This document shows, piece after piece, positions 18,968 to 29,232 of a stretch of DNA of 64,000 bases; the first letter of the stretch is position 1, and the number at the start of each line of letters is the position of its first letter. This DNA is from a virus. The position numbers were made by a program, and so were the translations under genes. The notes beneath the pieces were generated by a model that was not told the DNA's origin, searched no databases, and worked only from the letters and a program-made list of their open reading frames with translations. The stretch lies in the IMG/VR virus record IMGVR_UViG_3300030049_000007; one strand, written 5' to 3'.

Positions 18968-19804
18968 ATGATTAATCCACCCCAGACCTTTCCAAATGGT
19001 CAAATGACTCCACAAATTTTAATTAATCTTATTCGCATGTTTCTTCGAGATAAACCTAAATTAAATGCTTTAATTAAAAAAGAAGAAACAGATGATGATG
19101 AAATTAAATTAGCTATTAATATGGCTATTAGTGATTGGAATAGCACTCCACCACTTTTAACTCACGTTGGATTAACTAATTTTCCAGTTATGGATTGGTT
19201 AATTGTGGCAAGTGCTATGTTTATTTTGCAGTCTGCTGGTGTATTACAATATAGAAATGAATTGCAATTTAATGATAGTGGTATTACTACTAGTCCATGG
19301 ACGAAGGGTCCAGCTTATATGGGCGTAGCTGGTATGTGGGCTCAATTAGTAGAAAAGAAAAAATATGAATTTAAACTTGCAATTAATTATGGTCGTACAT
19401 TTGGTATTGTTAAAAGTGCTGAATATATGCTTTGGGATTACTCAGGACTTTATACTGGTCCAGACTATTTAACCGCTACAGGAACCTCCTCTATGTCTGC
19501 CGTCCCTGGTGGTATTCTAGGCCCGAATGGTCCCAGCGGTAGACCCCAGACCCCCCAGAAAACCGACCCATTTGTATTTGTAATGAGCAATTGGACCCTC
19601 GATCCGGTGAATAATCGTTACGTGATAAATTTCTATCACAATTTAAATTCAGATGTAGATGTTAGAATTACAGATCCAGTTACCGGAACTGATTTACGAA
19701 ATAAAGTTAATATTGTTTTTCAGAATAAGAATGTATTATTTATTTGGGTTCCGATAGTACCTGATACTCGAATGGAAGGCCAGATGATTGCATTTAAACT
19801 TTAA
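18968..19804 (+). CDS. Probable head-tail adaptor/neck protein
   Basis: Follows the capsid genes; helical N-terminus 'LIRMFLRD'. Assignment is by position only. Confidence 0.45.
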   Translation: MINPPQTFPNGQMTPQILINLIRMFLRDKPKLNALIKKEETDDDEIKLAINMAISDWNSTPPLLTHVGLTNFPVMDWLIVASAMFILQSAGVLQYRNELQFNDSGITTSPWTKGPAYMGVAGMWAQLVEKKKYEFKLAINYGRTFGIVKSAEYMLWDYSGLYTGPDYLTATGTSSMSAVPGGILGPNGPSGRPQTPQKTDPFVFVMSNWTLDPVNNRYVINFYHNLNSDVDVRITDPVTGTDLRNKVNIVFQNKNVLFIWVPIVPDTRMEGQMIAFKL

Positions 19805-19813
19805 TTAATAGTT

Positions 19814-19850
19814 AAAAAATAAAGCCCCGGTTAAGGGGCTTTTTATTATT
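19814..19850. terminator. Bidirectional terminator
   Basis: AAAGCCCC-ggttaa-GGGGCTTT flanked by A and T runs between convergent genes. Confidence 0.8.
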
Positions 19851-20037
19851 TAGTTTCTAAAAGAACTGAATCTAAATCTGGCCATATCTTATCTGGGCGT
19901 TTACTCAATTCAATTAATATATCATGGGATATTTTAGGTCTTTTAAAAATAACTAATTCTTTTCTATTAATCCAATAAATTCTACCAAAAATTAATACTA
20001 AAGAAGAAAACCAGATTATTATAATTATATACCACAT
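19846..20037 (-). CDS. Small single-pass membrane protein in a stand-alone cassette
   Basis: N-terminal 'WYIIIIIWFSSLVLIFGRIYWI', with its own class I promoter and flanking terminators. Confidence 0.65.
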   Translation of the reverse strand: MWYIIIIIWFSSLVLIFGRIYWINRKELVIFKRPKISHDILIELSKRPDKIWPDLDSVLLETK

Positions 20038-20057
20038 ATTATATTACTTCCATTTAT

Positions 20058-20087
20058 ATTATAACAAAATTATTCTAATAATTGCAG
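20058..20087 (-). promoter_or_regulatory. Class I promoter copy 2
   Basis: TGCAA-N18-TATAAT, TGTTATAATATAAATGGA. Confidence 0.75.
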
Positions 20088-20092
20088 ATAAT

Positions 20093-20120
20093 AAAAAAGA
20101 CCTCAATAAGAGGTCTTTTA
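20093..20120 (-). terminator. Terminator of the tail operon
   Basis: AAAAGACCTC-aataa-GAGGTCTTTT. Confidence 0.75.
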
Positions 20121-20141
20121 TATTTAAGATATAATCTATAA

Positions 20142-20861
20142 TTAAGATGAAGAAGTTCCCGTACCCTTTACCGGAACTAAACGATCGAATGCAAAACTAA
20201 TACCTTCAACCATAATCAACTGTCCAGCAGATTGATTAAAGTTATGAGAATTGATTTTAACTCCTTCTGCATAAATTCCACCTACTGCATGATTAGCTAT
20301 GTCTTGCATATAAATACAGATTCCGAAGGGTGTGCGAAGCCTAATGTCCCACATTGACATCCACAAATTCGTATTTGAATCTGCCTGCATTACCTTATCA
20401 GGATTGCTAGTAATATTACTCCATGCATTAGCAACGTACGTCTGTGCAGTTCCTGAGTCAGTCATCATACCAGTAATACCAATTGATGTTAAGTTTCCAT
20501 TATCATCATAGATATTACCATAACAAGAACGAGCTAATGATGGTCCGTTATATACAAGACGTGACATTGAGCCACCACCAACTGGAGTGCCATTTAAAAT
20601 ATGCACTCTCATTGATCCAATCTCAGGTAATCGTTGCTGTGGAATCTGTTGACTAATTGCAATATTTGGAGTTAAACCAATTCTAACTACATCAAAAGCG
20701 GCAGTAGCCTTAGCTGGTCCAAAAGCAATAAGTGTAGATTCAGCAGCAATAAACAATCCAGGGGTGGCCATATTTTCATCTAACTGGACGAAGTTCTCTT
20801 TCCAACTCCAAGTTGAAGTGCCATCCCCAGATCCTAAAACATCAGCAATAGAAAGAGTCAT
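20142..20861 (-). CDS. Probable tail tube protein
   Basis: Directly downstream of the sheath. Has 'IG...SQQ..QQRL.EIGS' and a tube-like C-terminus 'EG..INS......E.ISF.FDR'. Confidence 0.6.
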   Translation of the reverse strand: MTLSIADVLGSGDGTSTWSWKENFVQLDENMATPGLFIAAESTLIAFGPAKATAAFDVVRIGLTPNIAISQQIPQQRLPEIGSMRVHILNGTPVGGGSMSRLVYNGPSLARSCYGNIYDDNGNLTSIGITGMMTDSGTAQTYVANAWSNITSNPDKVMQADSNTNLWMSMWDIRLRTPFGICIYMQDIANHAVGGIYAEGVKINSHNFNQSAGQLIMVEGISFAFDRLVPVKGTGTSSS

Positions 20862-20873
20862 ATCTAATCCTTT

Positions 20874-21896
20874 TTAATTAACGTAAAGCAGAATATTTAC
20901 AAAGTTTGCAGGATATCCAATTTCGACAGTTACGGAAATTTCAATAGTACCTACAGTAAGATCGGTATTAGCACCATCTAAATTAGCGCGAAGAGTTGGC
21001 GTAGCATAACTAATAATCAAAGCACCACAATAAGCAGATTTATTAGACTGAGCACTATACATATATAAATCAAGTACTGAAGCTATCTGGGTAAGTAAGT
21101 CCTGATTAATATTATACTTACCGATATAAGGTTTGGTAGATGAGTATAAGTCTAACGAAAGTTTATCTACTGCTTTAGTAATACTGAATTCTTGTTCCTG
21201 AATAGAAACCGTACTAGTTGTTTTCTGATGACGACTATAGATATTGCCACCTGGAGTATCTTGTACTAAAACGAAAACTCCATTTTCGCTAAGTTTATTT
21301 AACTGAGTAGGTGTAAAATAAGTATTTGAATAAAGTAATTTATAAGGTCCACCAAAACCTAAATTGGTAAATGATTGCTGTGCGGGGTAAGTTGCCATAG
21401 CAGCAGCGGTACAAGCAGCAAGAGCAGATCCGTTCACGGTTTCAGTTAAAGCTGAATCCCAATATGCTTCTGGAGGCCAAATATAAAGAACGCGTTTTGA
21501 AGCATAAGAAGAAGCTGTAGCTGCAATAGAAGTTACTTGTTCATCTTTGGTAAGATAATGTATAACTTGATAAGTGAAAGTATCACCAGTTCCTAATGCT
21601 AAATTATACTGGGCAGACTGTGAAGAATCTGTAATTCCAACTCCATTTACATATGGAATGGCCTTTAAAGAAGTCTCACTTGTAACTTCGCTTACTAAAA
21701 TAGAATCGTAAGCAAAAACTGCTACATTTGGTGTAGCTCCTACTGATAATAATTTACCACTAACTAATGGATTTCCTGAATTAGTAGTAGTGTAGGCAGT
21801 ATTAGTTACACTTATCGTAGCTACGGTATCGCCAATCTTAACACCAGCAGTGAGAAATCCTGTTCCAGTTATAACTAATGGTTGTAATGCAGTCAT
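20874..21896 (-). CDS. Tail sheath protein, C-terminal half
   Basis: 'FTPTQLNKLSENGVFVLVQ...RHQKTT...EFSITKAVD...YIGKYNI...YPANFVNI' is typical of a sheath C-terminal domain. Confidence 0.75.
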   Translation of the reverse strand: MTALQPLVITGTGFLTAGVKIGDTVATISVTNTAYTTTNSGNPLVSGKLLSVGATPNVAVFAYDSILVSEVTSETSLKAIPYVNGVGITDSSQSAQYNLALGTGDTFTYQVIHYLTKDEQVTSIAATASSYASKRVLYIWPPEAYWDSALTETVNGSALAACTAAAMATYPAQQSFTNLGFGGPYKLLYSNTYFTPTQLNKLSENGVFVLVQDTPGGNIYSRHQKTTSTVSIQEQEFSITKAVDKLSLDLYSSTKPYIGKYNINQDLLTQIASVLDLYMYSAQSNKSAYCGALIISYATPTLRANLDGANTDLTVGTIEISVTVEIGYPANFVNILLYVN

Positions 21897-21912
21897 TTAT
21901 GTATCTCCTAAT

Positions 21913-22881
21913 TTAGCTATGAGTATAAGTTTCTGAAACCAATATAGAAGATACTGGTAAAGTTGCATTAAGTAAGGTCGCTCTAAAATAACTAGAAGCT
22001 GGTTCTGACATTGTAGTAACATGAGCGGCATAGGCTTCTGCTACATTTGTACTATTACTTAAAGGAACTAGTAAATAGATATCCTGTCTAGTAGATAAGT
22101 CACTTAATGCCGTTATGTAAGAAGTGTCAGTTTCGTCAGTTAAGATATAAGCTAAAGTTTCTGATCCACCATTAGCGGTAGGAGCAACGGTTCCTAAATA
22201 GAAACCCAATGGATTACTAATCGTTACATCCATATCTACTTTTAAATCATCAAGATTAGTTACATCGTAAAAACCAGTAAGATCTTTTCTAAGGGCTATA
22301 TAAGAAATATAAGGTGTTCCAGCTATAATATTATAAGTACCATATTCAAGAGAAGTAAAAGTAAATGAAGATGAGGCATAAGAAGCTCCTCCAATTATAG
22401 CAGTTACATTTCCAACACTTCTTTGAATTGTAAAGGCGTCAGCTATTGCAGCGGGATATGAAATAATTTCATTAATAGTAGCCACATCGCCATTGATTGA
22501 TTTAATTGTATAACTACCATGAGTAAGAGTATTAAATATGATGGAATCACCAGCTACGGCATTTAAGAACGAACCTGTCGTTCCCTGAATAATATTTCCA
22601 CTAGCAACTAAGGCCGATCCAGTAACGGCACTTGTTCCGATCTGCACATATGCATTATTAATAGTAATTGCAATACTGGAAGTTTTAATAATAGCAGATA
22701 AAGCTAACCCTGGATAAACTATAGTTGCACTAGTTATTGGAAAAGTTAAATTAATAGGTGAGTTAGTTACTACCTGATTAATTGATCCAACGAAACAAGG
22801 TAACATAGAACTATTAGCCAGATTCTGACTAGAACGAAGTAAAATCTGAGTAACAGAAACGCCGGGTAATGTATAAGTCAT
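21913..22881 (-). CDS. Tail sheath protein, N-terminal half
   Basis: Begins 'MTYTLPGVSVTQ', matching the sheath N-terminal Y..PGV.V motif; also 'Y..AL..L....DIYLLVPL'. Confidence 0.65.
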   Translation of the reverse strand: MTYTLPGVSVTQILLRSSQNLANSSMLPCFVGSINQVVTNSPINLTFPITSATIVYPGLALSAIIKTSSIAITINNAYVQIGTSAVTGSALVASGNIIQGTTGSFLNAVAGDSIIFNTLTHGSYTIKSINGDVATINEIISYPAAIADAFTIQRSVGNVTAIIGGASYASSSFTFTSLEYGTYNIIAGTPYISYIALRKDLTGFYDVTNLDDLKVDMDVTISNPLGFYLGTVAPTANGGSETLAYILTDETDTSYITALSDLSTRQDIYLLVPLSNSTNVAEAYAAHVTTMSEPASSYFRATLLNATLPVSSILVSETYTHS

Positions 22882-22890
22882 ATTAAAATC

Positions 22891-23559
22891 CTATTCAATA
22901 TTTAAAGCAGTTGAGCCATTAAGTTTAAGTTGAATGTTAGTTAATTTATCTTTACTCAGCAATCTAGCAATGTAAGATCTTTCCATTTGAATCTGTAATA
23001 TAGTAGAAGCTGTAAAAGATGTGTTACCCTTCTCAAATATTTGCGGTGCAGTATTTGTTACAGTTCCCTGCACTTGAAGTCCCAAATCTCTATAAGATCT
23101 AAGATCTAAAGAAATAAAAGAAGTTACCATTGCACTTAAAGCTTCTGCTTCCAAATCACTCTCTGATATACATTCTACCACAATTGGGAAAGAAACATAA
23201 TCCTTATATGCAGTTTTTTCATTAGTTCTACTTACCGAAAAAACTCTACCTTGACCCAAAGTACCATTTGCTCCATTTATTAAATTTCCTCTATATATTA
23301 ATGCTGCTGGTCTTTTATTTCTATATTTTTCTTCCCATTGAAATTTAGTTCCAATCCATAAAGATTGATATGACTCTTCTTTATTGGTATCGTCACTATA
23401 TAATATATAACCTAAATCTTTATTTATAGAAAACATCTCTTGTAAATAAAGAATAGTAGCAGTTACACCATAATAACCCGGATTAAAATTCTTACTATAT
23501 AAAAATTGTTTATAATCCACAGGAGATTCTCCAGTCTCTTCTAAAGATATTAAATTCAT
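22891..23559 (-). CDS. Probable tail completion/terminator protein
   Basis: Size and position just upstream of the sheath. Confidence 0.4.
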   Translation of the reverse strand: MNLISLEETGESPVDYKQFLYSKNFNPGYYGVTATILYLQEMFSINKDLGYILYSDDTNKEESYQSLWIGTKFQWEEKYRNKRPAALIYRGNLINGANGTLGQGRVFSVSRTNEKTAYKDYVSFPIVVECISESDLEAEALSAMVTSFISLDLRSYRDLGLQVQGTVTNTAPQIFEKGNTSFTASTILQIQMERSYIARLLSKDKLTNIQLKLNGSTALNIE

Positions 23560-24340
23560 CTAATGTATAAGCTGTAATATCTATAGGAAGTAATTGAGCT
23601 GGATTATCTGCTCTTAATTGTGTCATGTTTAATATTTGACGTACCGTATTACTACTGATAGATGTAGGAACTATTCTATCAATTTTATATCGCTGAGAAG
23701 GTTTCTTTAAAAATGCCAAAATATCATCAGCAGCAATTAATACTTCGTTAGATGTCCATGCCGATAAAGCTACAGCTTCAGATACTCCATAATCGGTTTT
23801 ATCTATTTGAATTGGTTGCTGATCGGTATTTATATATATTTTTACTGGAGCAAAATAACCTCCAACAAACGTTGTACCGAAACAAACAGGACATTTTGGA
23901 AGAATTGATTTTTTCTGAACTTTATCATAGCATAAAGTACAACGATCACCAAATTTTCTTCTAGCAAAATGTAAACATTCTTGACCAAATCTTTTTAAAT
24001 ATAATATTTCTTGTTCAGAAATGTAATCGCTAATAAAATTATCAGCTTCATTAAATAAACAAAGATTATCAGAATAAAATACAGCATCTGAATCTATATC
24101 TACCGCTTTTACTCTATAAAAAATTCTTTGATCTATCATACCTCTTTGCGTTACTGTGTCTACAAATCCAAAAGCATAAATTGGATCTGTATATAAATCA
24201 GTCCATGGACCTAATTCGCCTTCCGAAATCTGAACTATATATCCAAAATGAGATACGGTTTCCTTACTCTCTGGTTCTATATTCCAATAAAGAGTTGTTG
24301 CTGCATATGTTAAATTTTTGCATTCAAGATATATGAGCAT
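23510..24340 (-). CDS. Virion neck/head-completion-like protein with an FN3-like N-terminus and a Cys4 zinc finger
   Basis: 'FYRVKAVD' and 'RCTLC...CPVCFGTTFVGGYF'. Confidence 0.45.
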   Translation of the reverse strand: MLIYLECKNLTYAATTLYWNIEPESKETVSHFGYIVQISEGELGPWTDLYTDPIYAFGFVDTVTQRGMIDQRIFYRVKAVDIDSDAVFYSDNLCLFNEADNFISDYISEQEILYLKRFGQECLHFARRKFGDRCTLCYDKVQKKSILPKCPVCFGTTFVGGYFAPVKIYINTDQQPIQIDKTDYGVSEAVALSAWTSNEVLIAADDILAFLKKPSQRYKIDRIVPTSISSNTVRQILNMTQLRADNPAQLLPIDITAYTLDEFNIFRRDWRISCGL

Positions 24341-24788
24341 CTAATTCTCTTACTAAAAGATCATTCAACTGCTTTCCAACTTTAGCAGTATGTTGCTTAA
24401 TAAAATCCATATCACCCATTAAAGCTGGATAATACTTAGTAAACATTAAATCTAAACTATTAAGTTTATTAGCTGAATCTAGTTCACCAATAAAACTTGC
24501 ATTAAGTGATTCGAATTTACCAATACGATCTCTGATAAATTCTGTAGCAAAATCAAAAAATCTAGGATTACGAAACGCGGGAGGAAGATGTTTTAAATGA
24601 ATAACCAAAGCATTATCCAATGGTCTGATTACTGATTCAAATAAAAAACAAGTCATTTGATCTGAAAATAATTCTGGCATACTATTTGAATCAATTGGAT
24701 TTTCTGTAAACTTCTTCATTAATTCTTGGTCACGTTCTGTAATTTTATTCTGACCAGCTTTTAATCTTAGATCTGACAATGACGACAT
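24324..24788 (-). CDS. Hypothetical protein
   Basis: ORF with a GGAG SD, within the operon. Confidence 0.6.
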   Translation of the reverse strand: MSSLSDLRLKAGQNKITERDQELMKKFTENPIDSNSMPELFSDQMTCFLFESVIRPLDNALVIHLKHLPPAFRNPRFFDFATEFIRDRIGKFESLNASFIGELDSANKLNSLDLMFTKYYPALMGDMDFIKQHTAKVGKQLNDLLVRELDAHIS

Positions 24789-24797
24789 TTCATTCTC

Positions 24798-25256
24798 CTA
24801 TTTCTTTACATTCTTATCGTTAGGCATATATTGATTTAATAAAGAACCATCTAATACATTCTTATCATTTATTTTATAATAAATGACTATACGATAAAAC
24901 ATTGGATTTTCTTTATCTTTAGTTGTAAATTCTCCAATATAACATAACTTAATTTCTTTAGCCCAATCCTTATTTATTAAATCATCATATTCGTCTAAGT
25001 GAATTCTAGAAATAATCTCACCAAAAAAACTAAATTTCTTTTTTAATTTCTTTTCTTCTAAATCAGTAATATCGCTATACTGAAAAATAATAAAAGGATT
25101 GCCAAACATATCTAATCTAATATCATTATCAACTATATGATATTTATGATTATTATTAGCAATCTTATCTAAAAGTAATACATATTCACCTAATTCATCA
25201 GTATTAGTTAATTCAAAATATTCGGAATGAGATTTTACGACTGGCGTTTTTTCCAT
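24798..25256 (-). CDS. Hypothetical protein
   Basis: ORF within the operon. Confidence 0.6.
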   Translation of the reverse strand: MEKTPVVKSHSEYFELTNTDELGEYVLLLDKIANNNHKYHIVDNDIRLDMFGNPFIIFQYSDITDLEEKKLKKKFSFFGEIISRIHLDEYDDLINKDWAKEIKLCYIGEFTTKDKENPMFYRIVIYYKINDKNVLDGSLLNQYMPNDKNVKK

Positions 25257-26062
25257 GGACCCAAATCCCTTACGTTAGTATTCATTAACTTCTGCCAATT
25301 ATCGAATCTGGCTATACGACGCGCTCTGGCTTCAGGAGTTGACATTAAGCGATCTGCTAATATATGTTTTCCAATTAATTTATTATAAAAAGGTTTATTA
25401 GCAGCCTCTAATTGAGATCTCCAATAATTATCTTTAAAATATTCTTTATGAATTTTAGGCATCATAGATAATTTACCATGTGTAAAATTCATCATTTTCT
25501 TAACAGATCCACCTAATGCGCCACCAATTAATCCACCTTTAGCCATACCTTTTAATTTTTCATGCTCATTATCTCCCTGAGTATATCCAATAGCGGCACC
25601 ACTAATAGTTCCTAAATGAGCGGTTGGAACTTTCTTAGCTACACTTAAAAATTTATGAGCATCATTACCTAAATTAATCATTCCCTCAATATTTTTAATT
25701 TTAAATTGACCATCATCTGAAATGGAATGTTTTAATATACTTTTAGCAATTCTATTAGTTCCCGTGGGAACATTATGAATATCTTCTAATGCATTAATTC
25801 CCATACGTCCAAACTGTCCAAGTAATGCACCATCTATAAAAGCGCCTCTTAAAGTAGTTGAGTCTTGAACTAATCCTTTTCTTATATTAGCTTCAGCTTG
25901 TGCTACTCCAGCTAAAGCTGATCTTTGTATAATATTTTTTCTAATAGGACCATTAGTTCTAGACATCATAAATTTTAATGGATTCCCAGATCTAGCTGCT
26001 CTCATACTATAAAAACTAGGGAATAAACTACCCGGATTAAATGCTAATTTTATTAAACTCAT
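25235..26062 (-). CDS. MSLIKLA-leader protein with glycine-zipper helices
   Basis: Leader is 19/20 nt identical to the others. Contains 'GTISGAAIG' and 'GGLIGGALGG'. Coupled to the portal gene by an ATGA overlap. Confidence 0.75.
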   Translation of the reverse strand: MSLIKLAFNPGSLFPSFYSMRAARSGNPLKFMMSRTNGPIRKNIIQRSALAGVAQAEANIRKGLVQDSTTLRGAFIDGALLGQFGRMGINALEDIHNVPTGTNRIAKSILKHSISDDGQFKIKNIEGMINLGNDAHKFLSVAKKVPTAHLGTISGAAIGYTQGDNEHEKLKGMAKGGLIGGALGGSVKKMMNFTHGKLSMMPKIHKEYFKDNYWRSQLEAANKPFYNKLIGKHILADRLMSTPEARARRIARFDNWQKLMNTNVRDLGPWKKRQS

Positions 26063-27882
26063 ACCTTCGCCTTTTCGGGAGTAGATTTTGGACCTTTAAC
26101 TTCAGGTAATGGATCTGCTGAAACCCCATTTAATTCTGCCATAACTTTCATATAAACTTCTGGATCTTTAGCTTGCAAATTTCTTAATTCTTTTTGTCTA
26201 TCAGCATAAGATAAATCTTTAAATTTATTCACAAATCCACGAGTAGTTGTAGCCATAAATCCATCACCTATATTAGATTGAGCAGATTGAGTTTCTTGAC
26301 CTTGTAATAATTGTGTTCTTAAATTAACATCAACTTGACCTTCATTAGTAACTTGAGAAACTTCTTTATTAACTTCAGCAGCAGCCAATTGTCTAGCTGC
26401 TTGAATTCTCTCAAGGAAGGGTTTATCATCTTCCATTTGCTTAGCTTCATCGGCAATATTAATACCAACTTGAGCCAAAGCTGTACTTTCACTAATACGA
26501 CCCTGCGCACCAAGATTTGAAAGCATTTGAATTTGCTGAATATCATCAGCCATTTTAAATGGTTTAAGTTTAACACTACTTGGAGCTTGCTTATTGGTCA
26601 TACGTGCTAAATAACGTACTAAAAATCTAATAAATGTATTTTGTTTATTAATATAATATAAAAATAAATTCTCTAACATACGTAAAGAAATATTAGATCC
26701 GCTCCAAGTCATACCACCATAAATTAATTCTGGTGGAATTCCTAATTGAGTAAGAATTCTACGATCCTGTAATTCAATTTCTTCCCGTAAAGACATAGCT
26801 TTTCCTTGGCCACCCAAAGCCTGATAGCCAACAGGAAAAGGAACAACTCCAATTTCATTGGGATCATTTTGCTGTCTCTTTAATTGAGTAGCTACAATAC
26901 CCATCCATGCAGCACCATCAATTTTACTTAACGGATCAGTGCCACTAGACGACGTTGGAAATATAAATCTATTAGGAAGAAAATGATCTGAAGCAATACA
27001 TTCCTGAGCCTTACGTAAAATAAAACTCATAAATAAATCGTTCCATGCTGAGAAGAAAAATGGTTTTGATAATCCTTCCCATTCTGGTTCTGTAATGCCT
27101 TCATGCTGATAATGAAAAGTTAATTCAGCAGGTAATTCTATTACTGGATTAATTGGATTTTGTTTGCAAGCTAATATGAAAGTTTCTGGAACATTAGCTA
27201 CTACAAATTTATCACCCTTCATAATTGGTTTAGAATATTTATCTTCGATACGATAATAAATTTTCTTTTTACCAGCAATACCTAAATCTCTTACTTTAAT
27301 AAACTGAACAGGCCATCTCTGAATTCTAATATTTTTAATGAATTCATCGCCTTCTAACAATTCATCTTTAACCTTCATTACACCTTGAAATTTACAATTT
27401 TTATTAGAACATTTAGCTAGAAATTTATAATCCCTAAATTGCCATTCAAATTTACGATCTTCATCAGTAATACAATGTGCTTTATAAGTATTACAATCAG
27501 GACAAGCTAAATAACGTTTAAATGGAGGAACTATAGATACTATAGCATTTCCAAAAGTATAATAATCTTTTCCATTTTTAACTAATTCATCTTGAATACA
27601 TAATTCATCATTAAGTAATTTAGACCAATAATTTTTATCTTCTCCAATATCATTATCTACTACCACGGGAGTAATAGGATATCGTGACATAGTATCGGTA
27701 ATACGATCTAAAAGACCAGAAGATTCGTTTAAAACAATAGCCCATTTAAAAATTTCATTTAAAGTCTTTGGTCTTTGAAGATGTAATAAATTATAAAATC
27801 TTTGAGGATACTGCAAGCCGTTCATTGGATAACGACGACCAGTCTCCGGTGCTACTACTGATGTTGTAGATACATTAGTCAT
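26059..27882 (-). CDS. Portal protein with an inserted Cys4 zinc-ribbon-like segment
   Basis: 607 aa. 'DYYTFGNAIVS', 'G.S...SA', 'ILTQLGIPPELIYGG..WSGS' portal-like pattern, with a CPDC...CSNKNC insert. Confidence 0.75.
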   Translation of the reverse strand: MTNVSTTSVVAPETGRRYPMNGLQYPQRFYNLLHLQRPKTLNEIFKWAIVLNESSGLLDRITDTMSRYPITPVVVDNDIGEDKNYWSKLLNDELCIQDELVKNGKDYYTFGNAIVSIVPPFKRYLACPDCNTYKAHCITDEDRKFEWQFRDYKFLAKCSNKNCKFQGVMKVKDELLEGDEFIKNIRIQRWPVQFIKVRDLGIAGKKKIYYRIEDKYSKPIMKGDKFVVANVPETFILACKQNPINPVIELPAELTFHYQHEGITEPEWEGLSKPFFFSAWNDLFMSFILRKAQECIASDHFLPNRFIFPTSSSGTDPLSKIDGAAWMGIVATQLKRQQNDPNEIGVVPFPVGYQALGGQGKAMSLREEIELQDRRILTQLGIPPELIYGGMTWSGSNISLRMLENLFLYYINKQNTFIRFLVRYLARMTNKQAPSSVKLKPFKMADDIQQIQMLSNLGAQGRISESTALAQVGINIADEAKQMEDDKPFLERIQAARQLAAAEVNKEVSQVTNEGQVDVNLRTQLLQGQETQSAQSNIGDGFMATTTRGFVNKFKDLSYADRQKELRNLQAKDPEVYMKVMAELNGVSADPLPEVKGPKSTPEKAKV

Positions 27883-28303
27883 TTAAATATCTTTCAACAG
27901 CCTTATGTTTTAAATCTTGCATTTTTTGTTGATCTATATCTAATTTAACTTCGTTTGATATTTCATCTAATTCATCTTGTGCGAATTTTAAAATATCAGG
28001 AAGTTGGCACCAACCTTCTTCAAAAGCAATTTCTGCTATATACTTCTTTACTTCACGATGCCAGTTCTGTTCACCTAATAGTTTAACAGCTTTAGCTATG
28101 TGAAGTATAGTAGAAGGTTCGAGAATATCTATGTTGGGTTTAAATCCATTTAGTACATAAACTAATTTTTCAAAAGTAAATACATTACCTAATATTCCAG
28201 GGTTGGATTTAAGTGCTTGAAGTGCAAAAATCTTTTCAAGCTGATTTTCATATAACCGGCCATCATTAAGTAAGACGATTGTGTCATTCTCTAAGTTATT
28301 CAT
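27875..28303 (-). CDS. Hypothetical virion-associated protein
   Basis: Coupled to the portal gene. Confidence 0.55.
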   Translation of the reverse strand: MNNLENDTIVLLNDGRLYENQLEKIFALQALKSNPGILGNVFTFEKLVYVLNGFKPNIDILEPSTILHIAKAVKLLGEQNWHREVKKYIAEIAFEEGWCQLPDILKFAQDELDEISNEVKLDIDQQKMQDLKHKAVERYLND

Positions 28304-29222
28304 TTATCTTACGAATCACAATTACACGAATGTTAGGATTAATTTCACGTAAAGCATCCACTGGATTACTCTTTAATTTGTCCAAGACTTTATCTTCAAG
28401 AATATCTTTTAAAGAATTAAAGTCAAATTTATTTATTTTATGTAAAGGAAGTGATTCTTCTCCAATATTAACATTTTCATTAGCGTTAGTTTCAAATGGA
28501 GTCAATAAACCAGCGTAAGGATCTTCCAATTCGTTATCATAAAATTTATGTAAACCAGTTCTATGATCGAATATACCTAAAGCTTTAGCTACTAATTCTG
28601 GAATATGTGATTCTGATTCTTCCTGCATTTTAAGTAAGTGAGTCCGTTCTGGAGCATCGCTTTTAAAATATTTCATACGATCGGCAAATGCATGTCCATA
28701 ATTTTTCTTAAAGTGATCGCCAGCATATCTATATACTGAATCATGCAAAGAAGACTGTTTACCTAACGAATGAGCATGATGTAAAATTTCTTTAGCCTTC
28801 TCCCTACGTTCCTCTATAGGATATCGTTTATGATTATCAATAAATTTGTTTAATTCAATAGATAAAGAATGTAAAGCATCTAAATCATCTTCCTCAGAAG
28901 CAGTTTTGGAAAATTCAACTTCTGGTAATTCAAAAGTTTTATAAGCATCACTAATTCGATCTCTAATTTCAGAAACTTCACGTTCGTCAAATTCATGTGC
29001 AAATTTTTCAAAATAAGCATTACTAAACCATGTATGTTCAGGAGTATGAATTGGAAAATATCTATTAATACCATCAGAGTAAGCAAAACAACCATCTGCT
29101 AATTTTTCTAAATTTTCAGATACAATATTATCTTCTGCTACCTTAATAAACTCTGGCATTGCTTCATTAATAGCACCAATTCTATATCTACCTAATTGAT
29201 CATGAATATGGTCAGTAAACAT
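28296..29222 (-). CDS. Head-associated protein with KxA motifs
   Basis: IKVA, EKLA, EKFA and SKTA; upstream of the portal. Confidence 0.5.
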   Translation of the reverse strand: MFTDHIHDQLGRYRIGAINEAMPEFIKVAEDNIVSENLEKLADGCFAYSDGINRYFPIHTPEHTWFSNAYFEKFAHEFDEREVSEIRDRISDAYKTFELPEVEFSKTASEEDDLDALHSLSIELNKFIDNHKRYPIEERREKAKEILHHAHSLGKQSSLHDSVYRYAGDHFKKNYGHAFADRMKYFKSDAPERTHLLKMQEESESHIPELVAKALGIFDHRTGLHKFYDNELEDPYAGLLTPFETNANENVNIGEESLPLHKINKFDFNSLKDILEDKVLDKLKSNPVDALREINPNIRVIVIRKINE

Positions 29223-29232
29223 TTTATGTCCT

